Of a DNA stretch of 64,000 nt, positions 38,259 through 47,520 are shown in pieces (the first letter of the stretch is position 1; each line of letters starts with the position of its first letter). A program made the translations under genes and the position numbers. This stretch comes from Dehalococcoidia bacterium. Its GTDB lineage: Bacteria; Chloroflexota; Dehalococcoidia; Lucifugimonadales; UBA3495. A model generated the notes under the pieces. That model ran no database searches. It was not told the origin of the DNA and saw only the letters and a list, made by a program, of their open reading frames with translations. Location: assembly GCA_965222895.1 (NCBI GenBank), contig CBDCVB010000002.1:1159678-1223677 (forward strand), read 5' to 3'.

Positions 38259-38289
38259 CTAGGAACCGACACCAACCGATCCAATCGCC

Positions 38290-38436
38290 ATGACCGCCCG
38301 CAAAACGAAAACCGACATCCCACCCGAGCTACGGGGATTCATGGCGGTGGTGGGCGAGATCGTCCAGGAACAACTCCGTGCGCAACGGCGGGAAGACGAT
38401 AAAATAGCCCGTGACGTCCGGCAGCGAGGAGATTAA
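38290..38436 (+). CDS. Possible 48-aa ORF immediately upstream of the serine recombinase
   Basis: ATG at 38290 through TAA at 38434-38436, 1 nt before the recombinase ATG. Charged helical sequence. Too short for the supplied ORF track. Confidence 0.25.
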   Translation: MTARKTKTDIPPELRGFMAVVGEIVQEQLRAQRREDDKIARDVRQRGD

Positions 38437-38437
38437 C

Positions 38438-40105
38438 ATGAAAGCAGCGACGTACGTGAGAGCGAGCTCTGAAGACCAGGTCGAAGGGTTCTCACTGGAT
38501 GCCCAGCGCCGGGTGATCACCGAGTTCTGCCAGGCCATGGGTTGGGACATTACTCACCAGTACGCCGATGAGGGCAAGTCAGCATGGGTCGAGTCCGCGG
38601 CGAAGCGCCCCGAGTTCAACCAGATGCTGATTGACGCCGCCAACCGGGAGTTCGACGTGGTGGTCACCCACAGCCTGGACCGGCTTTCCCGGAACCTGAT
38701 GGTCACCCTGAACGCCTTCCATACCTTTTCCTCCAATGGCATGACCTACGTCTCAGCCACCCAGGAGATCGATTACTCAACCCCGGAGGGCAAGCTGTTC
38801 ATGACCATGGTGGCGGCGTTCGCCCAGTACTTCTCAGACAGCCTCTCCGGCCACACCGGGAAGGGAATGCGGGAGCGAGTGCGGCAGGGACTGTTCAACG
38901 GCGAACCGCCCTTCGGCTACCAGCGCTGCGACGTTGTTTGCCTGGGAACCAACGATGAACACCAGGGCTGCCATATCGACCCGGAAGTCGGCCCGGAGGT
39001 ACTCTCCCTGTTCGAAAGGTATGCCTACGGGTCCGATTCAATGTCTACCCTGGCCAGGGAGCTCAACGCCAAGGGATTCCGCACCAACGGTCGTTCCCGC
39101 TCTCCCGACACCGGCGACGGCGACGACTCCAAGGGCGGCCGCTTCACCAACTGGTCCTTGCGGGACATCCTGGAAAACCAGTTCTACGTGGGCAAGGTTC
39201 GGCACAAGGATGAATACTTCGACGGTTTGCACCAACCCCTCATCAGCCAGGAGCTGTTCGACGAGGTGCAAAAGCGTAAAACCCAGAACCGCCACCGGAA
39301 GTCGGCCACCGTAAGCCGCCTCAGCAAAAACCCCCACATGCTCACCGGCCTGCTGCGCTGGGACCAGTGCGGCGCCAAGCTCTGGTCCCAGAACCAGGGC
39401 CGCACGGCGGGAACCTACTACGTCGTCCCGCGGAAGGGCCATGATCACCGCTGCGCCTACGCTGGCAGGTACATCAAGGGGCAGGTGATTGAAGACCAGG
39501 CCGACCTGATCTTCGCTGATTTCACCCTCCGCGACGACTGGATCGACTGGGTTATCGAGACCTACGTCGACAAATCGGACCTGGCTGAAGGCTTCAGGAG
39601 GCGGGAAACCCTGGCCCAGAAGATCGACCGGGCCCGGGACCTATACCTGGAGGGCGACCTGAGCAAGGAACGTTACCACCTGATCAAATCGAACGCCGAA
39701 GCAGAAATGGATAGCGTCTACATCCCGGAACTGGACGATGCGCAGGAGGCGGCCAAGTTGCTACAGGATTTCAATGCTCTGTGGCGAGCCGCCACGGCCG
39801 GCCAGCGCAATCGTCTGTTGTTGACCATTCTGGATGCGATATACGTGGATGTGGAGAGCCGGCAAATCGTGGGGCTCAGGCCACGGCAGGCCTTTCTGAC
39901 CCTATTCGAGGCGGTTGAAGATAATGACGCAGTTATATTATCATCAAACCTGACCGGAAATTTTGGAAGGGCTGGTGGAGACGGGGGAGAGTCGAACTCC
40001 CCGTCCAGAAACTTCCCTGACCAGATGTACTACAAGCTTGTTCGGCGCTTTGATCTCGCCGCTACAGACTCCCGCCGACGGGATTCCGCTGCAGCCAGCC
40101 GATAA
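38438..40105 (+). CDS. Large serine recombinase. The 3' end of the ORF runs antisense into tmRNA.
   Basis: Resolvase catalytic motif YVRASSEDQ, VVVTHSLDRLSRN, a recombinase domain and a Cys-containing zinc-ribbon region. GGAG lies 8 nt upstream of the ATG at 38438. Confidence 0.85.
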   Translation: MKAATYVRASSEDQVEGFSLDAQRRVITEFCQAMGWDITHQYADEGKSAWVESAAKRPEFNQMLIDAANREFDVVVTHSLDRLSRNLMVTLNAFHTFSSNGMTYVSATQEIDYSTPEGKLFMTMVAAFAQYFSDSLSGHTGKGMRERVRQGLFNGEPPFGYQRCDVVCLGTNDEHQGCHIDPEVGPEVLSLFERYAYGSDSMSTLARELNAKGFRTNGRSRSPDTGDGDDSKGGRFTNWSLRDILENQFYVGKVRHKDEYFDGLHQPLISQELFDEVQKRKTQNRHRKSATVSRLSKNPHMLTGLLRWDQCGAKLWSQNQGRTAGTYYVVPRKGHDHRCAYAGRYIKGQVIEDQADLIFADFTLRDDWIDWVIETYVDKSDLAEGFRRRETLAQKIDRARDLYLEGDLSKERYHLIKSNAEAEMDSVYIPELDDAQEAAKLLQDFNALWRAATAGQRNRLLLTILDAIYVDVESRQIVGLRPRQAFLTLFEAVEDNDAVILSSNLTGNFGRAGGDGGESNSPSRNFPDQMYYKLVRRFDLAATDSRRRDSAAASR

Positions 40106-40329
40106 AAACTATGGCACTCGACTATCGGTGTCGTCGGTGTTGCATTCCGGAAAAATAGTACGTCCGCGTCCCGGTTTCCGGACGGCCCAGTGGCAGACGT
40201 AGCCGCCTTAAGCGGCTAGTGCGAATTCACGTTCGCCAGTTACTTGTTTGCCACCGTTTTTAGCGAGGGCAGCAGCGACCTCGGCTTGCAATCCGTCAGA
40301 AACCGCTCCTGTCGAACCCGCGCGTCCCC
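39973..40329 (-). ncRNA. ssrA: tmRNA (ssrA)
   Basis: Minus strand begins GGGGACGCGCGGGTTCGACAGG and ends GGGGAGTTCGACTCTCCCCCGTCTCCACCA (T-arm plus acceptor plus CCA). The internal tag frame GGC AAA CAA GTA ACT GGC GAA CGT GAA TTC GCA CTA GCC GCT TAA encodes ...EREFALAA*. Confidence 0.9.
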
Positions 40330-42519
40330 AACTTCTGATACAACCCCGGGATTCTACGCCCGGTGGCCTTGTTAAAGATAGCACCAAGCTGCCGAACCGG
40401 CAAGCGCGTGTGCTCGTTGGGATGAGTGCACCGGTACCTGAACAAAGTCTGGACTGGGCGGCGTTCTTACCGAGCTTTTATGGTCCAAAATCCGATCCGT
40501 TCCCAGCGCCCACATTTCATTGCCGTGAGTTCGCCAGTGGCGGCACTGCGTTGTATTTTCTCCAACGCCGGAGCCAGAAAGAATGGGTCTGATGAATATC
40601 CAACTTCGGTGAGCGGTGTTGCCCGTGCCTTGATGCCAGAACCTGCCGAGGCGTTTTCGATTTCGACGGCATGCAGATTCGCCTACTTCGGGCCGCACGT
40701 GGGCAATAACGTTGACTGTTTCGAAAATCACCTGCATCGCAGCATCGATATTCTCACTAATAACCCGGCGGACGTGATCCGCCACCACGCACCCGGCACG
40801 TTCCTTCAGAGTGCAGCAACATTACCCCCGCCAGGGGAATGGTGTCGGCGTTGCTATCGCCGGTGATGCCGGCGATGTCTCTGCATAGCGGCGCATCCGG
40901 GAAGGAACGTGGCACACGATCGAGCGATCTCCGTCGTATGGTGATTGCCTGGCACATGTCGCGCGTCCGGTCAGGATGCTGGAAAACCGGTAGCATGCGA
41001 TGGCAGCCGACGCCCGGTATGTGGTTAGCCACATTGCTAGCATCAGGTAAAGACTCAGCCCTTTTCCTCTAAAGATTGAGCCCTATTCCTCGACGAAACA
41101 TGCTACCGAATTGCCCTCCTGGGAATCAGACCAGGCCCGGCGGCATTGCGTCTCTACCGTGCTCCTCCAACGGTATGAATGACTATCGCCGCGAGTTCTT
41201 GGCGGTGCTCGCCGGCACGATTGATGAAACCTGCGTTGTGGCCTTGCGAAGCCGGCCGATATTTGCACGCACTCGGCAGTATGAGTCGCCTCTGATTAGG
41301 CCTTCCTCGTTCGGCTGCGGTCGGCCCGAATGACCAATTAACTCAACCATGTTCGATAACATGTGATGTGATGCAACACTTGCCTTCAGTTCGGACCTGC
41401 CGAGACACCTGTAGCAACGTATCTGTGTGTCGGGTCGGCAAATGCGCGAATATTCCACATCTTTGCCCGGATCCCTCAGGCCGTTCGCCAGTCGGGGTGC
41501 CCGTTGCAGGATGCCCATACACACGAGCTCAGCTGTTTGACCACAGTCCACGACCAGGCGCTGACCTTGTTCGTGGCAAAGGTGGGACGCCTGGGCTGAG
41601 AGATTTCACGTATGGGGCATATCACCCGCCGCGGTGCAGGAACTACATAACCTGGACGAAAGATCACGGCAGATGGTGCGCCTGGGCCCGGCCCGGCGCG
41701 AATGCAATGGCCTACCATACTCGGTGTCCGGCGTCAGCAATGATAGTCCCTGCCTGCTCTGCCAGTTTCCTGAGCCGTGCGGGCTGAATCGCTTGCAAAC
41801 CGCGCTCCGATGTAAGCGGCTCCCCGCAATAGAGATACCGGAACCATCGAGGGCCCTCCGCCCGGCGGTTCATCCGTCGCAGATCTTATCGGGAATAAAC
41901 TTAGAAGTTGCCTAATTGGGCTCTGGCGACTACCTTATGATCCTGGTTGCCATCATGGCCGTGGTCCACGCCGGTTCCGCTGGCGTCATTGTGGTAATCG
42001 CGGATGGTCGCCAGGGATGTTGATCAGACGGGATGGCCGTTCACCATAACCTCGGTGTGAGCATTGGAGTTCAGGGTAACCCGGATGTCGTGCTCACCGT
42101 GCGTCGGGCCGGTGAGGTGATAGGAAGGTTAGGAAACTCGACGGATATTCTCGCCGTCGACGTAGATATGGGGATGGCCTTCGCCTGGGGTTGTGGTCGG
42201 GGCCGTTGGCCGGGTTGTTCCGTCGTAGTCAGGTAGGGTGCCGGCAATTCCGTGAGCAAGAGGCTGGCGGGTGTCGGGTGATGATGCGGCGCCATTTGGT
42301 CGCAATTGTGCGGACATGCGACCGGTGCGCCATTGAGACGTAGGAGGGCGTGGGCATGCAATCTCCTGGCGAAGTCGTGGTCATCTAGGAGCGAGTCCGA
42401 GTATTGGCTAACTAGTCTCACCGGGCAAGCCGCGATCGATCGGCGTCAATGATTCCTGCCGGTTGACGATGCTCACTCTGGGAGGCTCTGGGCATGGGAC
42501 GTCGTTCCCAACCGGTGGG

Positions 42520-42778
42520 GTGGACATTCCAGGCGCTCGGTTAGCCGGGTAGCCCATGCTCATCCGGGGGGCCAGTCGACCAAAGCGGAACAGCTTGAGC
42601 AGGTTGTGGCCGGTGCAGATCAGGGACCACTCTCCCTGGACCTTTTCCAAGCCCCGCAGGAGGAACCGCCGGAAGCCCCGTCCCTGCTTGATCTGGCCGA
42701 AGACTGGCTCCACCGTCTCCACCCGAAGGGCGTAACGCGCGGCCCCGTTTGGTCTGCAGCTTCCTCCGCATCCGGTCC
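42520..42778 (-). pseudogene. C-terminal fragment of an IS1182-type transposase, truncated by IS701 copy 3
   Basis: VETVEPVFGQIKQGRGFRRFLLRGLEKVQGEWSLICTGHNLLKL is the conserved C-terminus of IS1182-like transposases. The upstream part is cut at the CTAG at 42779, and an internal frameshift is present. Confidence 0.65.
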
Positions 42779-42782
42779 CTAG

Positions 42783-44246
42783 TACTACAACGACGGGTTG
42801 TTTGGTAGGATAGTTGTCAAGATGATAGTGGGTGGTTTGGGTGATGGATGCGGCGAGCTTCAAGCGGGTCTACGAGTGCTTTCAGGAATTTCACGCCTTC
42901 TTTGCGGCCTCCTTCGGCCGCAAGCAGTGGCGGGAGCACAGCCGAAACTATCTTCAGGGGCTGCTGGTGCAGGCTGGGGAGCGGCGCAACGCCGAGAACC
43001 TGTCGGAATCGGTGGGCATCTCGGCCCGGGCGATGCAGCGTTTTCTGACCGAGGCCCGGTGGTCCGATGCGACAGTGATCGGGCGGCTGCAGGAATACCT
43101 GGCCCCCAGGCTGGGGCACCCCGAGGCGGTGTGGGTGTTGGACGGCAGCGACTTTCCCAAGCAGGGGAGGAAGTCCGTGGGGGTAGCCCGGCAGTACTGC
43201 GGCCGGCTGGGCAAGGTGGCCAACTGCCAGGGTGGGATGTTCCTGGCCTACGTCAGCCCGCTGGGACGGGCATTGGTGGACAAAGGGCTGTATCTGCCGG
43301 AGAGTTGGACCTCGGATCAGGGCCGCTGTGCGGCGGCGGCGGTGCCCGAGGAGCGGCGGAGCTACCGGTCGAAGACGGAGTTGGCCCTGGAACTGCTGGA
43401 GCGGGCCCTGGAGCTGGGCCACCTCAAGGCCGGATGGGTGGCCGGGGACGACGCCTTCGGGATGTCGCCGTCCTTTCGGGAGTCCCTGGCGGCCCTGGGG
43501 ATGCGCTACGTGCTGGACGTTCCGGGCAGCACTCCGGTCTGGCCCCTGGAGCCTGCGTGGGAGTCGGCCTGGACCAGTCCGGGGGCTCAGGGGTCCGGGC
43601 GCCCCCGCAAGCCCAGGCTCAGGGACGGGCAGCGTCGTACCATGGAGCAACGCAGTGACCAGTTGCCGGATGAGGCCTGGCGGGAGATAACGGTGGCCCA
43701 GGGAAGCCAGGGGCCGCGGAGCTATATGTTCTGCGCCCAGCGGGTGCGGGTAACCCGAAAGGGCAAGCCGGGCCAGGAGGCATGGGCCGTCTACCGCCGG
43801 AACCTGGACGGCAGCGAACCCCGCTACTACCTGTCCAACGCTGCCGAGGATACTCCCCTGGAGACCCTGGCCTACGTGGGCGGTTCCAGGTGGCCCATTG
43901 AAACGGAGTTCGAGACGGAGAAGGGCGACGTGGGCCTGGACGAATACGAGACCCGCAGTTGGGCTGGCTGGCATCACCACATAGCCATGTGCCTGCTGGG
44001 TGGAGCTTTCCTGCTGGGCCTGCAGCAGGCTTGGGGGGAAAAAGATGCCTCGGATCACCCGTCCCCAAGTGTGCCGGGTGGTTCGGGAGATGCTGCCCCG
44101 GGAACGGTTCGGGCCAGAGGAGTTGCTGCGGTGGCTGGAGGATACGCAGCTACGCAACGAGCGGGCGCGCCGCTCCCACCAGAGACGCCGCTCCGCCCGC
44201 CGTGAAGGCAGGATGGAGCCGCCATCCTAAACCCGTCGTTGTAGTA
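42783..44246 (+). mobile_element. IS701-family insertion sequence, copy 3
   Basis: Same inverted repeats and length as the other copies. CTAG at 42779-42782 and 44247-44250. Confidence 0.9.
42832..44205 (+). CDS. IS701-family DDE transposase
   Basis: Translated protein identical to the other two copies. Confidence 0.85.
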   Translation: MVWVMDAASFKRVYECFQEFHAFFAASFGRKQWREHSRNYLQGLLVQAGERRNAENLSESVGISARAMQRFLTEARWSDATVIGRLQEYLAPRLGHPEAVWVLDGSDFPKQGRKSVGVARQYCGRLGKVANCQGGMFLAYVSPLGRALVDKGLYLPESWTSDQGRCAAAAVPEERRSYRSKTELALELLERALELGHLKAGWVAGDDAFGMSPSFRESLAALGMRYVLDVPGSTPVWPLEPAWESAWTSPGAQGSGRPRKPRLRDGQRRTMEQRSDQLPDEAWREITVAQGSQGPRSYMFCAQRVRVTRKGKPGQEAWAVYRRNLDGSEPRYYLSNAAEDTPLETLAYVGGSRWPIETEFETEKGDVGLDEYETRSWAGWHHHIAMCLLGGAFLLGLQQAWGEKDASDHPSPSVPGGSGDAAPGTVRARGVAAVAGGYAATQRAGAPLPPETPLRPP

Positions 44247-44250
44247 CTAG

Positions 44251-45091
44251 GGGGTGTCGTCAAAAGAGTTTGCTCCAGATCATCACTGCGCGGAGTTGGC
44301 AGGCCGCCAAGTATGACGCCGTCTTTTTGGCATACCGGGTTGCCACTCCGCGCCACTGCTTGAATTCCAGGAATCCGTTCTCCACCAGGCGCCGCAGCTG
44401 GTACAGCGCCCGGTCATAGTCCCGTTTTTCTCTCCGGTTGCTTTTGGGCGGTATCACCGGGTCCATTCCCAATTCCCGGACGGTGGCTATGATTTCATTG
44501 GTGTCATCGGCTTTGTCCGCCAGCAGGCACTCCGCTGCTATGCCCTCAATCAGGGGCAACGCCTGGGAGCAGTCGGCAACCGTACCCTCGGTCACCGCCA
44601 GCCTTACCGGCATTCCGTGGGCGTCCACCGCCCGGTGCAGCTTGCTGTTCAGCCCCCTTTTATGCGGGCAATGGACTGATTTCCGCCCTGGGCGCCGGCG
44701 CTGTGGGGATGGGCCTTGATATAGCTGGCGTCTATCATCAGCCACTCGAAATCAGGGTCATCAATCACCGCCTCCAACAGTCCGGCCCACACGCCCCGGT
44801 CCCGCCAGCGGCAGCAGCGGCGGTGGGTGTTCTTCCAGTCTCCGTAGTCCGGGGGCAAATCGCGCCAAGGCGCGCCGGTGCGCAGTATCCAGCACACGGC
44901 GTCGATAAACCGCCGGTTGTCCTGGGCCGGTCGGCCTCTCTTCCCTGCTCCTCCGGGCAAATGCGGCCTCAACCGCTCCCAAACGTCATCGGTCATATCG
45001 TGGCGCCGGTGCGCTGCCGTCATACCCCCACCTCCCACACTCTCCCCATTTCCAGTAATTTACCACCCTGCCGCCATTTTGACGACACCCC
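44251..45091 (-). mobile_element. IS5-family insertion sequence, copy 3
   Basis: Same inverted repeats. CTAG at 44247-44250 and 45092-45095. Confidence 0.9.
44260..45038 (-). CDS. IS5-family transposase OrfAB (frameshift type)
   Basis: OrfA 44649-45038 and OrfB 44260-44745, with a few substitutions relative to copies 1 and 2. Confidence 0.85.
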
Positions 45092-45095
45092 CTAG

Positions 45096-45201
45096 GGAAA
45101 AAGCAACCAACGGTGCGATGGTACGTTGGGCTCAGGATTTCCTCGGACCTCACGCTGGTTATGTAGGGCAGTATCTTTTTCTCGACCGCCGACGAAATTG
45201 A
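45096..45201 (+). pseudogene. C-terminal remnant of a second OGG/AlkA-type glycosylase, cut by the IS5 insertion
   Basis: AMVRWAQDFLGPHAGYVGQYLFLDRRRN* parallels the C-terminus AMVEWAQGYFGQYAGYSQQYLFHGRRMQR* of the intact gene at 2647-3504. Confidence 0.6.
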
Positions 45202-45214
45202 CGACCACCGGTTG

Positions 45215-45690
45215 CGACGCACGTCCTTGACCCCGCTCTCCACCTTGCCCTTGGTCTGGGCTCGGTAGGGACGGCAAAGCCGGATCTAGAACCCGACCCT
45301 GAGGGCGAAGTCCAGCATTCGCCGGTTCCAGATCGGCCGCTTCTCCTCGTCCCGGCCCAGCGTGGTCACCTTGGCATTGTCATACAGACAGCGTCGAGGC
45401 ACGCCGCCGAGATACTCGAAGGCATTCACGTGGCGCTGGATGAAGGCGGCGGTGTCCGCCTTCATCCAGCGCCACGTAGCAGGCCCCTCGACCAGCCCAT
45501 GGTCATCACAAACACCCAGACGCAGCGTTGCTTACCGTCCGCGCCGATCTACGACAGACTACCCCAATCTACCTGCGCCTGCTCCCCGGGCGCTGTCTCA
45601 AACCGCATCATCGCCTCCGGTTGCCGACACCGGCGTCGCGGCGACACGTAGCCCTTCAGGATCGAATAGCCCCCGTCACAGCCCAGCTCC
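45215..45690 (-). pseudogene. Internal fragment of an IS21-family IstA transposase with stops and frameshifts
   Basis: Minus strand encodes ...RFETAPGEQAQVDWG..., ...FIQRHVNAFEYLGGVPRRCLYDNAKV... and ...RPYRAQTKGKVESGVK... in shifted frames with in-frame stops. Confidence 0.65.
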
Positions 45691-45908
45691 CGCAGCTCTC
45701 GGTGCAGCGCCACCCACAACGTGCGTGTGCGGAAAATCAGCTCGGCAGCATCAGGGCCCGCTCCGACGGTGCGGATCGCAAGGTACACGGGGGCAATCAG
45801 CAGCAGGGCAGCAATGACCAACGCCGGCAGCCAAATCACCGCCGGCGGTCGCGCGGCGCCGACGAAGAGGTGTCTGATGACGGAGTGTGGAGTAACGGGG
45901 TTCAGCAT
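45691..45908 (-). pseudogene. N-terminal remnant of an ABC transporter permease (probably the iron permease of the adjacent operon)
   Basis: Hydrophobic N-terminus WLPALVIAALLLIAPVYLAIRTV... abruptly joins IstA-like sequence. Lies downstream of the Fe(3+) binding-protein gene on the same strand. Confidence 0.4.
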
Positions 45909-45953
45909 GGAAGGGTCGGAATTACACGATGACCGGTATGGCAGTGGTTTCGT

Positions 45954-47405
45954 GTAACTGTTCAGAGTTGCGGGGAAGTGAGCAGTTGTCGGCAGGCGGC
46001 GAGGGGATTCAGTCCTTGGGCGCGCCAGGTGCCGAAGAGGGAAGCCAGGGTCAGCTTGCTGCTGCTGCCCCGTTCCGACCGGGTGCCGCCGCTGATCTTG
46101 CGGCTGACGACCAGGTGGCGCCGGCTGCGTTCGGCGGCGTTGTTGTCCGGTGGCGCCTCCGGTTCGGCCACGAAGACGAACAGTTCTTTGATATGGCGCT
46201 CAATGCGTCGGCACAGCTTGGCCTGAGCCGCTGACGAGTCGTCCAAGCAAGGCTGGCAGATGGTCAGCAGCTGCCGTTCCAGAACCAGTTGTGCGGTGCG
46301 TCGCCGCTTGGTCTGGGGATGGGCGCTGGCTTTGGCCCGGTCGTAAATCCCGTGGACGGCGTCGGCCCACTGCGCCAGCTTTTGGTCCTTCGGATAGAGG
46401 ACCTTCAGGTCGTGAATGTCCCGCAACAGGTGGGCCCAGCAGCGTTGCTTGGGGCCGTCATAATGGTGGTAGGCAGCGTAGAAATCGCTGACCAGCACGC
46501 CGGCGAAGGTGTCGCCCAGAGCTTCATCCACCACTTCCTTGTTGCGACCCCGCCGCAGGAAATAGCGCGCCGATGGGGTGCTGAAAGTCCACACGTAGCC
46601 GTTGTGGCCATCCTCACGCCAGCCGGTCTCATCGGCATGGACCACTGGGCTGGCGCGGATCTGGGCCAGGATCCGGTCCACGGCGGCCTGGGCCCTTTGC
46701 GCGGTGCGATGCACCGCAGCCATGATGGCTCCCACGCTGAGGCTCAGCCCATGGACGGTGTGCAGATACCGCTGGGTGACGGCGATGGGCAATCTGGCCT
46801 CCTCCCGCAGCGTGGCGATCAGGCTGATCAAGTTGATACCCAGGCGCTGCTGGCCCATTACCACGCCATCCAGTTGCGCCGGGGAAACGCAGCGGCGTCG
46901 GCACCCCGGACAATCCCTGGCGATGTAGACGTGCTCGGTAACTTCCGCCGGAACCTGGGGCAACTCGATGACCTCCCGAGTGCGCTGGGTCCAGCCACCG
47001 GACAACAGCGTTCCGCAGTCGGGACAGTGGTCCACCACATGCTCCACCCGACGGGTGGGCGTCATGCGACGGCGGGCAAAGCCGTGGGGCCGGGGCTTGC
47101 GTGGCGCTTTGGGCTGGGCCGGTTTCTGGCTGGCTTCGGGTTTGACACCGGGCATCCCCCGGGCGCCACTGGGTTTGGCCCGCCCTTCCAGCTGAGCAAT
47201 CCGCCTCTCCAGGCGCTCGTTGATCGCCTGCTGCCTGGCTATGATGGCCTCCTGCCGTATGACGATGGCGATGAGCACATCGCGGTCAGCGGTGGACAGG
47301 TCAGTTTCCGAATCCATACCCGTTATATGACATAACCACAACCCCTCGCGCAAGCCATCCCCGAACCTCTTTGAACCAATTCCCCCACCAAGTCTGAACA
47401 GTTAC
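45954..47405 (-). mobile_element. IS66-family insertion sequence, copy 2, intact 8-bp TSD
   Basis: Ends gtaactgttcagag / tctgaacagttac. Direct repeat ggtttcgt at 45946-45953 and 47406-47413. Confidence 0.9.
45962..47353 (-). CDS. IS66-family transposase (diverged paralogue of 9588-10967)
   Basis: Collinear with copy 1 protein with scattered substitutions throughout. Confidence 0.85.
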   Translation of the reverse strand: MREGLWLCHITGMDSETDLSTADRDVLIAIVIRQEAIIARQQAINERLERRIAQLEGRAKPSGARGMPGVKPEASQKPAQPKAPRKPRPHGFARRRMTPTRRVEHVVDHCPDCGTLLSGGWTQRTREVIELPQVPAEVTEHVYIARDCPGCRRRCVSPAQLDGVVMGQQRLGINLISLIATLREEARLPIAVTQRYLHTVHGLSLSVGAIMAAVHRTAQRAQAAVDRILAQIRASPVVHADETGWREDGHNGYVWTFSTPSARYFLRRGRNKEVVDEALGDTFAGVLVSDFYAAYHHYDGPKQRCWAHLLRDIHDLKVLYPKDQKLAQWADAVHGIYDRAKASAHPQTKRRRTAQLVLERQLLTICQPCLDDSSAAQAKLCRRIERHIKELFVFVAEPEAPPDNNAAERSRRHLVVSRKISGGTRSERGSSSKLTLASLFGTWRAQGLNPLAACRQLLTSPQL

Positions 47406-47520
47406 GGTTTCGTTGCTATGTCTGGGGGTTGATGGTATCAAAGTTATACTGGCCTCGCCGGGAGGAGGGTTCCGGCGGGGCCAGTTGCCTGAGAGTAGGC
47501 GGGTCGGGGTGTTGCCGCCG

